NCBI RefSeq assembly: GCF_001263795.1
Contig: NZ_LHUR01000042.1
Coordinates: forward strand, 324,639 to 388,638
Source of the DNA: Clostridium homopropionicum DSM 5847
GTDB lineage: Bacteria > Bacillota > Clostridia > Clostridiales > Clostridiaceae
Reading direction: 5' to 3'
DNA: 64,000 nt
Of this stretch, positions 19,119 through 29,468 are shown piece by piece (within the stretch, counting starts at the first letter, position 1; the number at the start of each line of letters is the position of its first letter). Made by a program: the position numbers and the translations under genes. The notes beneath the pieces were generated by a model. The model was not told where the DNA came from. It was given only the letters and a program-made list of their open reading frames with translations, and searched no databases.

Positions 19119-19721
19119 TAAAAATATTTGCTTAATTCTATCTTACTTATGATACAATTTTTCCAATTAAAAAAACTAGACTTAACCAAGTAATATCAAT
19201 GACTAATGCTAGTTTTCGCATTTATTTATGATACGGTTAACCATAACTAATCCTAGATTAATGATTACTTCATAATAGTTTACAGTCACGAAACAACGTT
19301 ATATAAATTGTATCATTTTTAACAGTTTTCTTTAACCCTTCTTCTATTGGGAAAGCTGTATCAAACGGATGTATTAGATTGCACAATCCTAATGTTATTA
19401 AAGTGTTCAACTTGGTATATATTGTCGTTACTGTTAATTATACCTATCCTTTAAGTATTTAGTAGAATCCGTAACAGTACTCCAATTAATGATGTCACTG
19501 GACATGTCTTGAGTAAGTTATCCCTTTTTGTTTAAATTTATGACGTTATTTAGTTGTTATATTTTAGAAAATTTAAATTTCTTTTATTTAGTAAAACAGA
19601 ATTAGTATCTGAAGAGTTACAAATGAATTTTTCTCTGTAACAGCATAATATTAAAATGATATACTGTATAAAGATAATATTTTGATAAGCAATATAACTT
19701 AATGATGAGGAGTGAGAATTC

Positions 19722-20327
19722 ATGTTTCTTATGATTGATAACTATGATTCATTTGTATATAACTTAGTAAGATATCTAGAAGAACTAAAGGAAGATGTTA
19801 AGGTTTATAGAAATGATAAATTAACATTAGAAGATGTGGAAAAAATGCAGCCGGAAGGAATTATAATTTCTCCAGGTCCTAAGCCACCTAAACAATCAGG
19901 TATTTGTGTAGACATAATTAAAAAATTTAGTGGTAAGATTCCTATTTTAGGAATATGTCTTGGACATCAAAGTATTGGTTATACCTTTGGTGCTAATATA
20001 ATAAAGGGTAAAGAACCTATACATGGAAAAGTATCTAAGGTACATCATAAAAATATAGGAGTGTTTAAAGAAATTAAAAATCCATTAGATGTTACAAGAT
20101 ATCATTCGTTAATAATAGAAAAGGAAACACTTCCAGAATGCTTTACTATAACCTGCGAAACTACTGATGGAGTTATAATGGGAATTAAGCATAAAGAATA
20201 TCTTGTTGAAGGAGTACAATTTCATCCCGAAGCAGAACTAACAGAATGCGGACATGAAATGCTTAAGAATTTTCTAGAAGAAGCAAAAAGGGTTAACAGA
20301 GGGGGATTATATGGAGTTTTTAATTGA
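19722..20327 (+). CDS. pabA: Aminodeoxychorismate/anthranilate synthase component II (glutamine amidotransferase)
   Basis: 201 aa class-I GATase: catalytic Cys in GICLGHQ, His in HSL.., Glu in FHPE. RBS GAGGAGTGAG. Confidence 0.8.
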   Translation: MFLMIDNYDSFVYNLVRYLEELKEDVKVYRNDKLTLEDVEKMQPEGIIISPGPKPPKQSGICVDIIKKFSGKIPILGICLGHQSIGYTFGANIIKGKEPIHGKVSKVHHKNIGVFKEIKNPLDVTRYHSLIIEKETLPECFTITCETTDGVIMGIKHKEYLVEGVQFHPEAELTECGHEMLKNFLEEAKRVNRGGLYGVFN

Positions 20328-21660
20328 AGAAATAGAAACAGAATTCGATGGTTTTGATATTTACTCATTATTTAAAGAAGATAAAACAGTTACTATTCTA
20401 GATAGTGGTATGGATGCTAAAAGTTTAGGTAGATACTCTTTTATAGGATTAAACCCTTTTACTACTTTTAAATATGAAAATAATATTTGTATCATGAATA
20501 ATAAAAAGTTTAATGGTGAGCCTTTTAAAGAACTTAGTAAGCTGATTAATATATACAAAATTGAAAATAATACAGAACTTCCATACATAGCTGGAGCTAT
20601 GGGGTACTTTTCTTATGACATGGCAAGAACTACAGAAAAGATTCCTGTGATGACTGTAGAAGATGTGAAAATACCTGATTGCTATTTTTATTTTTATGAT
20701 AATGCAGTAATAGTGGATAACTTAAAAAAGAAAACTTATATTACTTCTTTAGGCATATTGAAACCAAAAGAAGAGAGTATTAATGAACTAAAAGATAAAA
20801 TAACCAAGGGACATAAAGTTAAATATAGAAAAGTAAATAATAGCACTACAAAGTTTATATCAAACTTTAGTAAGGATGAGTATATAGATACAATAGAGAG
20901 GGTTAGGCAATATATACGGACTGGAGATGTTTACATTACTAATTTAACCCAAAGATTCTGTTGTGAAACAAATAAAGAGCCTTATGAGGTATATAAGGAC
21001 TTAAGACATATAAATCCAGCTCCATTTGCTGCATTTATGAATGTTGAAGATTTTAGTATAGTATCTTCTTCACCAGAGAAATTTTTGGAAATAAGAAATA
21101 ATATTGTTCAAACAAGACCTATTAAAGGTACAAGACCTAGAGGTAAAAATGAAGAGGAAGATTTAAAGAATAGAGAAGAACTTATAAATAGTGAAAAAGA
21201 TAAGTCTGAGTTATTAATGATTGTAGATTTGGAGAGAAATGATTTAAGTAAAGTCTGTAAGCCGTATTCTGTAAAGGTAATAGAACTCTTTAAATTAGAG
21301 GAATACAGTACTGTATTTCACTTAGTAGCTACTGTTATAGGGGAATTAAAAGAGGAATACACAGCAGTAGACTGTATAAAAGTATGTTTCCCAGGGGGAT
21401 CTATAACTGGTGCACCTAAGGTTAGGTCTATGGAAGTAATTGAGGAATTAGAGCCTACTAGAAGAAATATTTATACGGGATGTATAGGTTACTTAGGTTT
21501 TGATGGAAATGCAGACCTAAATATAGCTATAAGAACTATACTTATAAAGAGTGGAAATGCCTACTTTGGTATAGGTGGAGGAATTACTTGGGAATCTGTA
21601 AAGGAAGCAGAATATGATGAGACACTAGATAAAGCTAAGGCCTTGATGAAAGTACTATAA
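20311..21660 (+). CDS. pabB: Aminodeoxychorismate synthase component I (chorismate-binding)
   Basis: 449 aa chorismate-utilising enzyme signature (...PGGSITGAPKVRSMEVIEELE...). It overlaps pabA by 17 nt. Confidence 0.8.
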   Translation: MEFLIEEIETEFDGFDIYSLFKEDKTVTILDSGMDAKSLGRYSFIGLNPFTTFKYENNICIMNNKKFNGEPFKELSKLINIYKIENNTELPYIAGAMGYFSYDMARTTEKIPVMTVEDVKIPDCYFYFYDNAVIVDNLKKKTYITSLGILKPKEESINELKDKITKGHKVKYRKVNNSTTKFISNFSKDEYIDTIERVRQYIRTGDVYITNLTQRFCCETNKEPYEVYKDLRHINPAPFAAFMNVEDFSIVSSSPEKFLEIRNNIVQTRPIKGTRPRGKNEEEDLKNREELINSEKDKSELLMIVDLERNDLSKVCKPYSVKVIELFKLEEYSTVFHLVATVIGELKEEYTAVDCIKVCFPGGSITGAPKVRSMEVIEELEPTRRNIYTGCIGYLGFDGNADLNIAIRTILIKSGNAYFGIGGGITWESVKEAEYDETLDKAKALMKVL

Positions 21661-21675
21661 AGGGGTGTTTTAGTT

Positions 21676-22440
21676 ATGATACTTTTAAATGGTAAGATAA
21701 TAGAAAATAAGAATATTCTTTTAGATAGTGGTTTTTATTTTGGAAGGGGACTTTTTGAGACTATGCTTGTAAATAATGTGCCGCTTTTTCTTGAAGAACA
21801 TTTAGACAGGATAAATAACGGACTTTCTACTATAGAAATAAATAAGGAAATTACTAAAGATGAAGTTATGGCTGCTGTGAAGAAGCTTCAGTGCAGTAAC
21901 TGTGTGTTAAAATTAGTGGTTACAGAAAACAATACCCTATTTACTATTAGAAGGAATAATTATACTCAGGAGCATTATAAGAAGGGATTTAAAGTTAAAA
22001 TAAGTTCTGTTAAGAGAAATGAATTTTCCAAGCTTACATACTTAAAGTCTTTAAATTACTTAGAAAATATATTAGAACATGAAAAATGTATTAATGAGGG
22101 ATATAATGAGGTGTTGTTTTTCAATACAGAGGGAAAATTATCTGAGGGAAGTCTATCTAATGTATTTTTTATAAAGAACAAAAAAATATATACTCCATCT
22201 GTAGAGTGTGGATTACTTGAAGGAACTGTAAGAAAGTTCATAATAAATAACTTTGATGTTACTGAAGGTAAATTCAGTAAGGAGAATTTATTATCTGCAG
22301 ATAGTGTTTTTTTAACTAATAGCATTATGGGGATAATGAAGGTCTTTAATATTTATGAAAAAAGCTTTGATGAAGATAGTATTATTGAGCAAATAAAAAA
22401 AGTTTATGAAGATCAAGTGAGCAAACAAAAGACAGGATAA
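21676..22440 (+). CDS. pabC: Aminodeoxychorismate lyase (class IV PLP aminotransferase fold)
   Basis: 254 aa. The N-terminal LLDSGFYFGRGLFETM is typical of PabC/fold-type IV enzymes. Third gene of the pab cluster. Confidence 0.7.
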   Translation: MILLNGKIIENKNILLDSGFYFGRGLFETMLVNNVPLFLEEHLDRINNGLSTIEINKEITKDEVMAAVKKLQCSNCVLKLVVTENNTLFTIRRNNYTQEHYKKGFKVKISSVKRNEFSKLTYLKSLNYLENILEHEKCINEGYNEVLFFNTEGKLSEGSLSNVFFIKNKKIYTPSVECGLLEGTVRKFIINNFDVTEGKFSKENLLSADSVFLTNSIMGIMKVFNIYEKSFDEDSIIEQIKKVYEDQVSKQKTG

Positions 22441-22519
22441 AACAAAAGAGTATTTCTGTTTCCTCAGGATACAATTTTCCTCAAATAAAAATTGCATTCT
22501 GACCCCAAATATTGATGTT

Positions 22520-22790
22520 CGAACAACCTTTTTATACCCTTTACCAGAAGATACAGTTGGAAATAAAATTAGAAAGACACGATTATTGAAAGGTGTTAGT
22601 AAAAAAGATTTAGCTAAGTATATTAACTCAATCCCTAAAACCTTCACTTAAAGACGCTGCAGAACTTATTGTTATAAATCCTGTTAGTTTGGATAGGTGG
22701 GAAAAGATGATTAATTATCCAGATAGGGTTAGTTATGGAAAATTGAATGAGGTTATGAGAAGTTATCCCATTAAATAGATTGTACTCTAT
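22520..22790 (+). pseudogene. Possible frameshifted remnant of an XRE-family HTH regulator
   Basis: Frame 2 reads ...DTVGNKIRKTRLLKGVSKKDLAKYINSIPKTFT*. After a shift, the next frame reads SLKPSLKDAAELIVINPVSLDRWEKMINYPDRVSYGKLNEVM. These are HTH_XRE-like (..IR..R...G.S...LA......S...WE.G...P) but interrupted, with no clean start. Confidence 0.3.
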
Positions 22791-22852
22791 ATAAATTGAT
22801 AAATATGAAGAAATGTTGATAGCCCAAAGCTTTAAGAGATGTTAAAATGTGA

Positions 22853-22914
22853 TAATCTACCTCTATCAATAATTAAGGAATTTTAATAAACTTTTAGAGA
22901 TAGAGGTAGATTAT
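22853..22914. terminator. 16-bp inverted repeat between convergent pabC and L,D-transpeptidase genes
   Basis: ataatctacctctatc ... gatagaggtagattat with a ~30-nt AT-rich loop. Likely a bidirectional terminator or a protein-binding palindrome. Confidence 0.4.
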
Positions 22915-22957
22915 TTATGTCTAAAACTGATAGCAATAATCACATCAAGTTCTATTG

Positions 22958-24259
22958 CTAATAACAAATAATAGGTGTTCCTGGCTTAATATTATCGTAT
23001 ATTAAATGTGCTACATTATAAGGTGAATTTACACAACCATGAGAACCATCTGTCCGATATATATCTCCTCCAAAATTTTTTCTCCAACTTGCATCATGAA
23101 TTCCTATTCCTCCATCAAATGGCATCCAGTAGTTAACAAATGTAGCATAATCTGCCCCTCTAAGAATAGCATTTCTTGCCTTATACTTTAGCTTAAAAAC
23201 ACCTTTACGTGTTGAATGATTCTTTGATATATTACCTGTAACAACATCTCCTTCCACTATTAGTGATCCATCTTTATAAAACCATAACTGCTGTTTTGAT
23301 AAATTTATTTCTACATACGTAGTTCCAATGTCTCCGTTATTAGAAGGAAAAGCAGTTTTGCTGCTGTATTCTGGTTCTTTCGTTATAGTTCTTCCTTCTT
23401 TTATGTCTTTAATTAAATTCCTTACTTCTTTATCCTTATCAATAGATTGCCCATAATCACCACCATTTATATATATGGTATTTCCTAATGATGTAACAAA
23501 CTTTCTAGTCTTACCAACTGTATCATAAGTTTTAGAAAGTGTATCCATATAAGCCATAACCTTTTTTTCATCAAAAGTAATTTGGAAATTATCATCAACC
23601 TTAAGCCACGTATTTATTATAGAACCGTCTAAGGTTTCCTTTTTTTCACCAAAAGTATAAGTAATTTTTGAAGATACGTATTTATTCAGCGTGTCTTTAA
23701 CTTCTATAGTTTCTTTTGAATCTGAATTATATTTGGGCTTTACGTAGCAGCCTGCTGACTCTAAATCTATTTCATTTTCTCCCTTAAGCATTGAATTTAC
23801 TACATAACAATATAAGATATCTTTGTCTACTTTGTTCCCTGAAACTTCACTTATAATCACATAATTATTATCTTCATACTTAAAGCTTGGATTTTTAGGT
23901 TCAACAACATTATCACTGCTAAAGCATGATAGCTTATCTATTTTTTCCTTAAGCAGATTCTCATCATAGGAAAGTCCTATATTCATTTTACAATCTTTTT
24001 CAGTAAAGAATACTGCTACCCATTTGAAGGGGTTCTGTGTATCCTTAAGTTTATTTAATTCCTCACCTGAGCTGAGCTTTAAGCCCACATCGCTTGCTTT
24101 TATTTGCTCACTTTTACTTTCACGCTCTTTTAGAGTCAAGGTATAATTTTGAAGCTCCGCTTCAATTACTCCTTTTGCATCCTCAATGTTTTTTCCTGAA
24201 ACACTAATAGAGTTAATCTTAGAGCCAATATAAAAATGATTCATAAAATATTTGGCCAT
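22958..24259 (-). CDS. L,D-transpeptidase (YkuD domain) family protein
   Basis: The C-terminal catalytic region is ...NYWMPFDGGIGIHDASWRKNFGG..YRTDGSHGCVNSPYNVAHLIYDNI (His/Cys YkuD motif). An in-frame upstream TM segment lacks a start codon (see findings). Confidence 0.75.
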   Translation of the reverse strand: MAKYFMNHFYIGSKINSISVSGKNIEDAKGVIEAELQNYTLTLKERESKSEQIKASDVGLKLSSGEELNKLKDTQNPFKWVAVFFTEKDCKMNIGLSYDENLLKEKIDKLSCFSSDNVVEPKNPSFKYEDNNYVIISEVSGNKVDKDILYCYVVNSMLKGENEIDLESAGCYVKPKYNSDSKETIEVKDTLNKYVSSKITYTFGEKKETLDGSIINTWLKVDDNFQITFDEKKVMAYMDTLSKTYDTVGKTRKFVTSLGNTIYINGGDYGQSIDKDKEVRNLIKDIKEGRTITKEPEYSSKTAFPSNNGDIGTTYVEINLSKQQLWFYKDGSLIVEGDVVTGNISKNHSTRKGVFKLKYKARNAILRGADYATFVNYWMPFDGGIGIHDASWRKNFGGDIYRTDGSHGCVNSPYNVAHLIYDNIKPGTPIICY

Positions 24260-24602
24260 TCCAAAATAAACAGCAAGTAGAGCACAAAAAAATATTATTA
24301 TACCTTTAAGGATTTTTTTACGCTTTTTTATAGCTTCTTCTGTTGATTTTTCTACTAACTCTTCATTGAACCTTTCTTCTCCGCTTTCCGTAGTACTCCC
24401 CCCAGTTCTTTATAACAGAATGCAGACTTAGCACTTTTTACTTTCCAAGATAGCAATATCTTATATAAATAAGTCCACCTTTCATTATATGAGTCATTCT
24501 TTCATACGAGACAATTATTTCAAATTTTTTCCAATAAAAATTATTAACTTTTACGTGAAATTAACTATATTCTAATAAATGCTTTCATAGCATAATCAAA
24601 AA

Positions 24603-24655
24603 AACAATAGAACGCTATATATTAGTAAGTACAACTAATACATAGCGTTCTTTAG
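24603..24655 (-). terminator. Terminator downstream of dapF
   Basis: agaacgctat...atagcgttct gives a 10-bp stem, followed on the minus strand by ATTGTTTTTTTG. Confidence 0.55.
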
Positions 24656-24679
24656 TAAAATTCTTTCTAATATAATAAT

Positions 24680-25576
24680 TTAATCAACATTCCCATTATA
24701 TATATTTATCCATTTATTTAAATCTTCTATTAGTTCATCACTTAAAGTTCCCTCAGCTATCTGTCTAACTTCTCCAGTCATCTTAATATTCCAATCATCA
24801 TCTATTTGTATTAATAATTCACCACCAAGCATTTTAATTTTAACTTTATCATCAACTAAATTTCTTTTTCTTAAAACACTTGCCACTGCACAAGATGAAC
24901 TTCCTGATGCCAATGTAAAACCAGCACCTCTTTCCCATATTAATATTTCTGCCTCACTTCTTGATATAACTTTTGCAAATTGAACATTAATTCTATTAGG
25001 AAACATGCTGTGATTTTCTATAAACCTTCCATATTCTTTTATTTCATCAATATCTAATTCTTGCTTTAAAACAACGCAATGAGGATTTCCCACAGAAACA
25101 CAGTTTATTTCATATTCCTTATTTTTAACCTTCAACTTCTCTCCTATTACTTCCTTCTCTATAAAAGTTGTAGGGATTTCCTTTGAGTTAAAGATAGCTT
25201 TCCCCATTTCTACCGAAATTAGTTTTGCTTTTCTATTTGAAGTCTCTATAATTTTTGCTTTAACTATTCCACCTTTAGTTTCAACAGAAAATTCTTTATT
25301 ATTAACAAATCCATAATCATAAATGTATTTGCAAAATATTCTTAAACCATTTCCACTTTTCTCTGCTTCAGAACCATCTGGATTAAAAATCCTCAACCCA
25401 AAATCTGCTTTATTGGATTGGACTTTTAACAAAATTCCATCTGAACCTATGCCAAAGTTGACATTACAAATTCTTTCAATTGCCTTTTGTGTTAAATTAA
25501 ATTTTATCTTTTCTTCATCTAAAACAATATACTCATTCCCTAATCCATGAGTTTTTACAAAATAATTAATGTTCAT
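24680..25576 (-). CDS. dapF: Diaminopimelate epimerase
   Basis: The N-terminus FVKTHGLGNEYIVLD, the GSDGILL motif, and the two catalytic Cys contexts (SVGNPHCVV, SGSSSCAVAS) are present. The start was chosen at MNINYF. The track ORF begins 5 codons earlier. Confidence 0.8.
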   Translation of the reverse strand: MNINYFVKTHGLGNEYIVLDEEKIKFNLTQKAIERICNVNFGIGSDGILLKVQSNKADFGLRIFNPDGSEAEKSGNGLRIFCKYIYDYGFVNNKEFSVETKGGIVKAKIIETSNRKAKLISVEMGKAIFNSKEIPTTFIEKEVIGEKLKVKNKEYEINCVSVGNPHCVVLKQELDIDEIKEYGRFIENHSMFPNRINVQFAKVISRSEAEILIWERGAGFTLASGSSSCAVASVLRKRNLVDDKVKIKMLGGELLIQIDDDWNIKMTGEVRQIAEGTLSDELIEDLNKWINIYNGNVD

Positions 25577-25608
25577 TTTTTTCTCCTTCATTTTAATATA
25601 GTTTGATT

Positions 25609-26082
25609 CTAAGGTAAGTATTTTTGTAAAGCAATCAACTCCGTAGAATTCCAGTTATGTTTTTTATAAAAGTTTAAAGCTGGAATGTTACGTCGATCCG
25701 CTAAAAGATCAATTCTCAGTGCACCATTCTTAACAACCCATTCTTCTACTGCGTTAACTAGTAATGATGCTATTCCACGTCCACGATGCTCTGCTGCTAC
25801 AACTAAATCTTCCAAGATAACTTTCAAGCCACCTTCTGATGTGGAGGTTAGTAACTGTCCTGTACACATACCTACTACCTGTCCCTCATGTTCTGCAACT
25901 ATGATACAACATTGATTACTTTGTTCCAGCATAATGGGAAGACCTTTTTTCTGTTGTTTTGTATCGATAATAAAATCCGTCTCTATAGTAAGGAGTACTG
26001 TTAATAGTTCTACTAGACAGTTAATGTCCTTATCTTTAGCCCTTCTAATAACTATGTTTTGTTCATTATTTTTTCCATTCAT
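25609..26082 (-). CDS. GNAT family N-acetyltransferase
   Basis: 157 aa with acetyl-CoA binding motif A (VAAEHRGRGIASLL). Confidence 0.8.
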   Translation of the reverse strand: MNGKNNEQNIVIRRAKDKDINCLVELLTVLLTIETDFIIDTKQQKKGLPIMLEQSNQCCIIVAEHEGQVVGMCTGQLLTSTSEGGLKVILEDLVVAAEHRGRGIASLLVNAVEEWVVKNGALRIDLLADRRNIPALNFYKKHNWNSTELIALQKYLP

Positions 26083-26445
26083 AGCTTATATACTCCTTCA
26101 AATTTTATTCTTCTTATCATACACATGAACTCTCGATTTTTCTTTAGAGCCTGAGCCGCATCCCAGTCATTATCGTAGGCATCTATAAATAATTTAACCA
26201 AATGCCTGTACCCCATAACCGTGTTATTATCAACCATCTATTTTAACCTCCCTTGTCAAAAGCATCCTATTTCGTAAGTAAATACTTTTCTGATATTATC
26301 TATTTCCTTATACAAAAATAATATCATCGCTGCTCATATATAATTACAATATATTTATTACATTCTATCGATATTAATATAAAACTAAATAAGGTCAGGA
26401 TTCAATTTAAATTAAAAAAATTGTATCCTGACCTTAAAATCATAT

Positions 26446-27528
26446 TTATAAATACTTATCATAATCTTTTTGTTGCTGAATAACATTTACTAAATGCTTT
26501 ATCTCCTGATCCTTATTCTTATCCATAACAAGAAGCACATCTCCTGCATCAACAATAATAAGATCCTTTACACCAAAGCCTATTATTAATTTCTCTTTAC
26601 CAAATACATAGCAATTTTCACTTTGCTCCAGGAAGGTGTTTCCTGTAATGCTATTTCCTCTAAAACTTTTTAGGAATCTGCACATAGCTGAAAAAGTTCC
26701 AATGTCATCCCATTCAAATTCAGATTTTATTACATATGCTTTTCTTGTCTTTTGCATAATTCCAAAGTCAACTGAAATACCCTCTATGAGATTATACTGT
26801 TCATTTGTGGTTTCCTCTTCTTTTTCTGTATCTACATCTTGATATATTTCCATTAAGCTTCTATACATTTTAGGAAGATACTTTTCCATCTCCCGCAAGA
26901 ATACATCTGCTCTCCATGCAAACATCCCACTATTCCATAAGTAATTACCATCAATCAAAAAATCCTTAGCCACCTCAAGGTTAGGCTTTTCAGTAAACCT
27001 TGCCACCTTAAAGGTTGGAATATCTCCATTAATTCTGTCCCCCATTTGAATATATCCATATCCTGTTTCAGGTCTTACAGGATTTATTCCAATAGTTAAA
27101 AGACCTCTTCTTCTTTCTGCAATTTCAATTGCTTGTTCTAGAGTATCTATAAATAACTTCTCATTTTTAATGAAATGATCAGATGGAAGTACAAGCATTA
27201 CTGCATCCTTATCTCTTTTTAATAGTTTTACAGCAGAAAGACCTATACAAGTAGCGGTCTCCTTATTAGCAGGTTCTATAAAAATATTTTTTTCATTTAT
27301 ATCTGGCAATTCCAATTTTATTTTATCTATATAATCTTTATTAGTAACAACATAAATATTTTCTTTGCTCACTATAGGAGTTATTCTATCTACGGTATTA
27401 CGTAAAAAGCTTTTTTCATTTATAACTCTTAGAAATTGCTTTGGGCTTCGCTCACGTGATAGAGGATAAAGTCTTGTCCCTTTCCCACCGGCTAAGATTA
27501 GTGCATATATCACTAGAACACACTCCAT
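26446..27528 (-). CDS. Mannose-1-phosphate guanylyltransferase (nucleotidyltransferase)
   Basis: ALILAGGKGTRLYPLSRERSPKQFL is the G-x-G-T-R-L NTP-transferase motif. The start is ambiguous: 27528 (MECVL..) or 27567. A conserved repeat element overlaps the longer N-terminus. Confidence 0.8.
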   Translation of the reverse strand: MECVLVIYALILAGGKGTRLYPLSRERSPKQFLRVINEKSFLRNTVDRITPIVSKENIYVVTNKDYIDKIKLELPDINEKNIFIEPANKETATCIGLSAVKLLKRDKDAVMLVLPSDHFIKNEKLFIDTLEQAIEIAERRRGLLTIGINPVRPETGYGYIQMGDRINGDIPTFKVARFTEKPNLEVAKDFLIDGNYLWNSGMFAWRADVFLREMEKYLPKMYRSLMEIYQDVDTEKEEETTNEQYNLIEGISVDFGIMQKTRKAYVIKSEFEWDDIGTFSAMCRFLKSFRGNSITGNTFLEQSENCYVFGKEKLIIGFGVKDLIIVDAGDVLLVMDKNKDQEIKHLVNVIQQQKDYDKYL

Positions 27529-27537
27529 ATTAGATTG

Positions 27538-27593
27538 TTTATATTCTATATTATGTTTAGTGTGCATTTTAGGTGAATAATTAATATTCTAGC
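27538..27593. repeat. Intergenic repeat family B, copy 1 (copy 2 at 29469..29524)
   Basis: tttatattctatattatgtttagtgtgcattttaggtgaataattaatattctag. It contains the near-palindrome GAATATTAATTATTC. Confidence 0.5.
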
Positions 27594-27728
27594 TTTTAAT
27601 TTAGGTATATAATTACTTTTACATATCAATGGTTGTATCGTAATATAAGAAAATTTTAATTCAATTCTATTAACTCCCTTACCTTTAGCCCATTCAGTTA
27701 CTCTTTTTAGAAGCAAAGAACCTATGTG

Positions 27729-28199
27729 TTAATAATTGTAAAATATCCTTTTGCATTCTTTAGCTTCATTCTCATTTCTTAACTTCATTAATAATTCTTT
27801 CGTAAAACCTCCCAAGTTATAATATTCTATTTGCTCTAAATCTACCCACTCATATTCATCTGCTTCATCATTTAGAATAACGTTACTTGAATTAGTTTTA
27901 CATAGATAATCAATAAAGATGAAGTGCTTTTTCTCGTAAAATGTATCGCTATATATACTCTCTTTCAAACTAATCAATTCAATATCACAGATACTTAGTC
28001 CTGTTTCTTCCAATATTTCTCTTATCAGCGCGTCTTCCATTTTTTCTCCTAATTCAATATGACCGCCGGGAATTACATATTTGTCTCCCCATTTCCGAGA
28101 TTTACAGAGAAGTATTTTCCCATCAGGATTTAAAATAACGGCACTAACAGTTGGCTCTGGATATTTATTCATAACTATTCTCCTATAGTAATTACCCAA
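27729..28199 (-). CDS. NUDIX hydrolase
   Basis: Nudix box GGHIELGEKMEDALIREILEETGL. Confidence 0.8.
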   Translation of the reverse strand: MGNYYRRIVMNKYPEPTVSAVILNPDGKILLCKSRKWGDKYVIPGGHIELGEKMEDALIREILEETGLSICDIELISLKESIYSDTFYEKKHFIFIDYLCKTNSSNVILNDEADEYEWVDLEQIEYYNLGGFTKELLMKLRNENEAKECKRIFYNY

Positions 28200-28448
28200 T
28201 CAGTAGATAGTATCTTTTAGATACTTACCTTATATAAAAATCGTGCTTATTGTATTGGTTGTACATGATATTATCATCGTATAATCGATTTTAACACATA
28301 CATAAGAGAGGAGCAATAAGGTTGAAAAGCATTAGAATTTTTACTTTAATAAAACACCCTAATGTTAAATAAAACTTTAGGGTGTTTGTAATTAAAATGA
28401 ATTTTTGTTTATTATAGTTTATTGGTTAATAATATTCATAATATTAGA

Positions 28449-29315
28449 TTATCCTGTAAATGGCTCAATATGAACCATACAATGTTTTACAGTGTTAATT
28501 TCATTTTCAACTGAACAATGAACTAGCTCTGCTATATCATGTCCTTCTCTCACTGAAAGTCTCTCATCAACACATATTTCTATATCTACATATATTTTAT
28601 TCCCAAATATTCTGGTTTTAAGGTTTTTTATTGCCTTGACTCCGTCAATAGAAATCACACTATTATTTATTTTATCTAGTGTTTCTTTGTCTGCAGATGA
28701 ATCAATAAGTTCCTTTACTGCTCTTATATAAAGATCTACTCCAACCTTTATTATTAATATACTTACAATGATACCTGCAAGAGGATCCATAAATGTATAT
28801 CCATATCTTGCCCCTAGAATTCCTAGAAAGGTTCCAACTGATGATAGGGCATCTGATCTGTGATGCCAAGCATCTCCTTCCATTGCAATACTTCTTATTT
28901 TCCTTGCAGTTATAATAGTATACCAGTACATTCCTTCCTTAAAAATAATTGATACTGCTGCAGCCCATAGGGCAATCTTTCCTGGAGTAGTTATATTGCC
29001 TGTATAAAGCCTTACTGCACTTTTATACCCAATCATAAAACCTACTAAAAGAAGAGCTACACTTATTATTTTTGCACAGACAGCTTCTAACCTTTCATGC
29101 CCATAGGGATGTTCTTTATCTTCCCCTTTAGAGGATATCTTTAGTCCAATAATAACTACTATAGTTGTAAATACATCAGATACTGTATGAACTGCATCTG
29201 CAATCATTGCAGAGCTTTTCCCAAAGATACCTGCAATTAATTTGAATATAGCTAATATAATATTCAATATCATTGTAACTACTGATACTTTGGTGCCTAA
29301 TTTATAATCTTCCAC
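28449..29315 (-). CDS. Cation diffusion facilitator (CDF) family transporter
   Basis: 288 aa with 6 TM helices, HxxxD motifs (ADAVHTVSD, HHRSDALSS) and a C-terminal cytoplasmic domain. Confidence 0.85.
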   Translation of the reverse strand: MEDYKLGTKVSVVTMILNIILAIFKLIAGIFGKSSAMIADAVHTVSDVFTTIVVIIGLKISSKGEDKEHPYGHERLEAVCAKIISVALLLVGFMIGYKSAVRLYTGNITTPGKIALWAAAVSIIFKEGMYWYTIITARKIRSIAMEGDAWHHRSDALSSVGTFLGILGARYGYTFMDPLAGIIVSILIIKVGVDLYIRAVKELIDSSADKETLDKINNSVISIDGVKAIKNLKTRIFGNKIYVDIEICVDERLSVREGHDIAELVHCSVENEINTVKHCMVHIEPFTG

Positions 29316-29468
29316 TTATTTCACTCCTAATTGATAATTGTTTATATTTTTATTATATTACTATAAACCTTGATTTTCTACACTTTTTGTAGTAAAACAC
29401 ATTATCAATTGATAATAATATTCTTTGTCAACAGCTAAGATTAGTTCATATATAACATTATTAGATTA

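Noticed and set aside
19147-19310. Possible miniature transposable element defined by 12-bp inverted repeats
   Set aside because: A single 12-bp IR pair in AT-rich DNA is not statistically compelling. There are no target-site duplications or transposase.
22853-22914. Inverted repeat as a mobile-element end
   Set aside because: It is a single palindrome between convergent genes, better explained as a bidirectional terminator.
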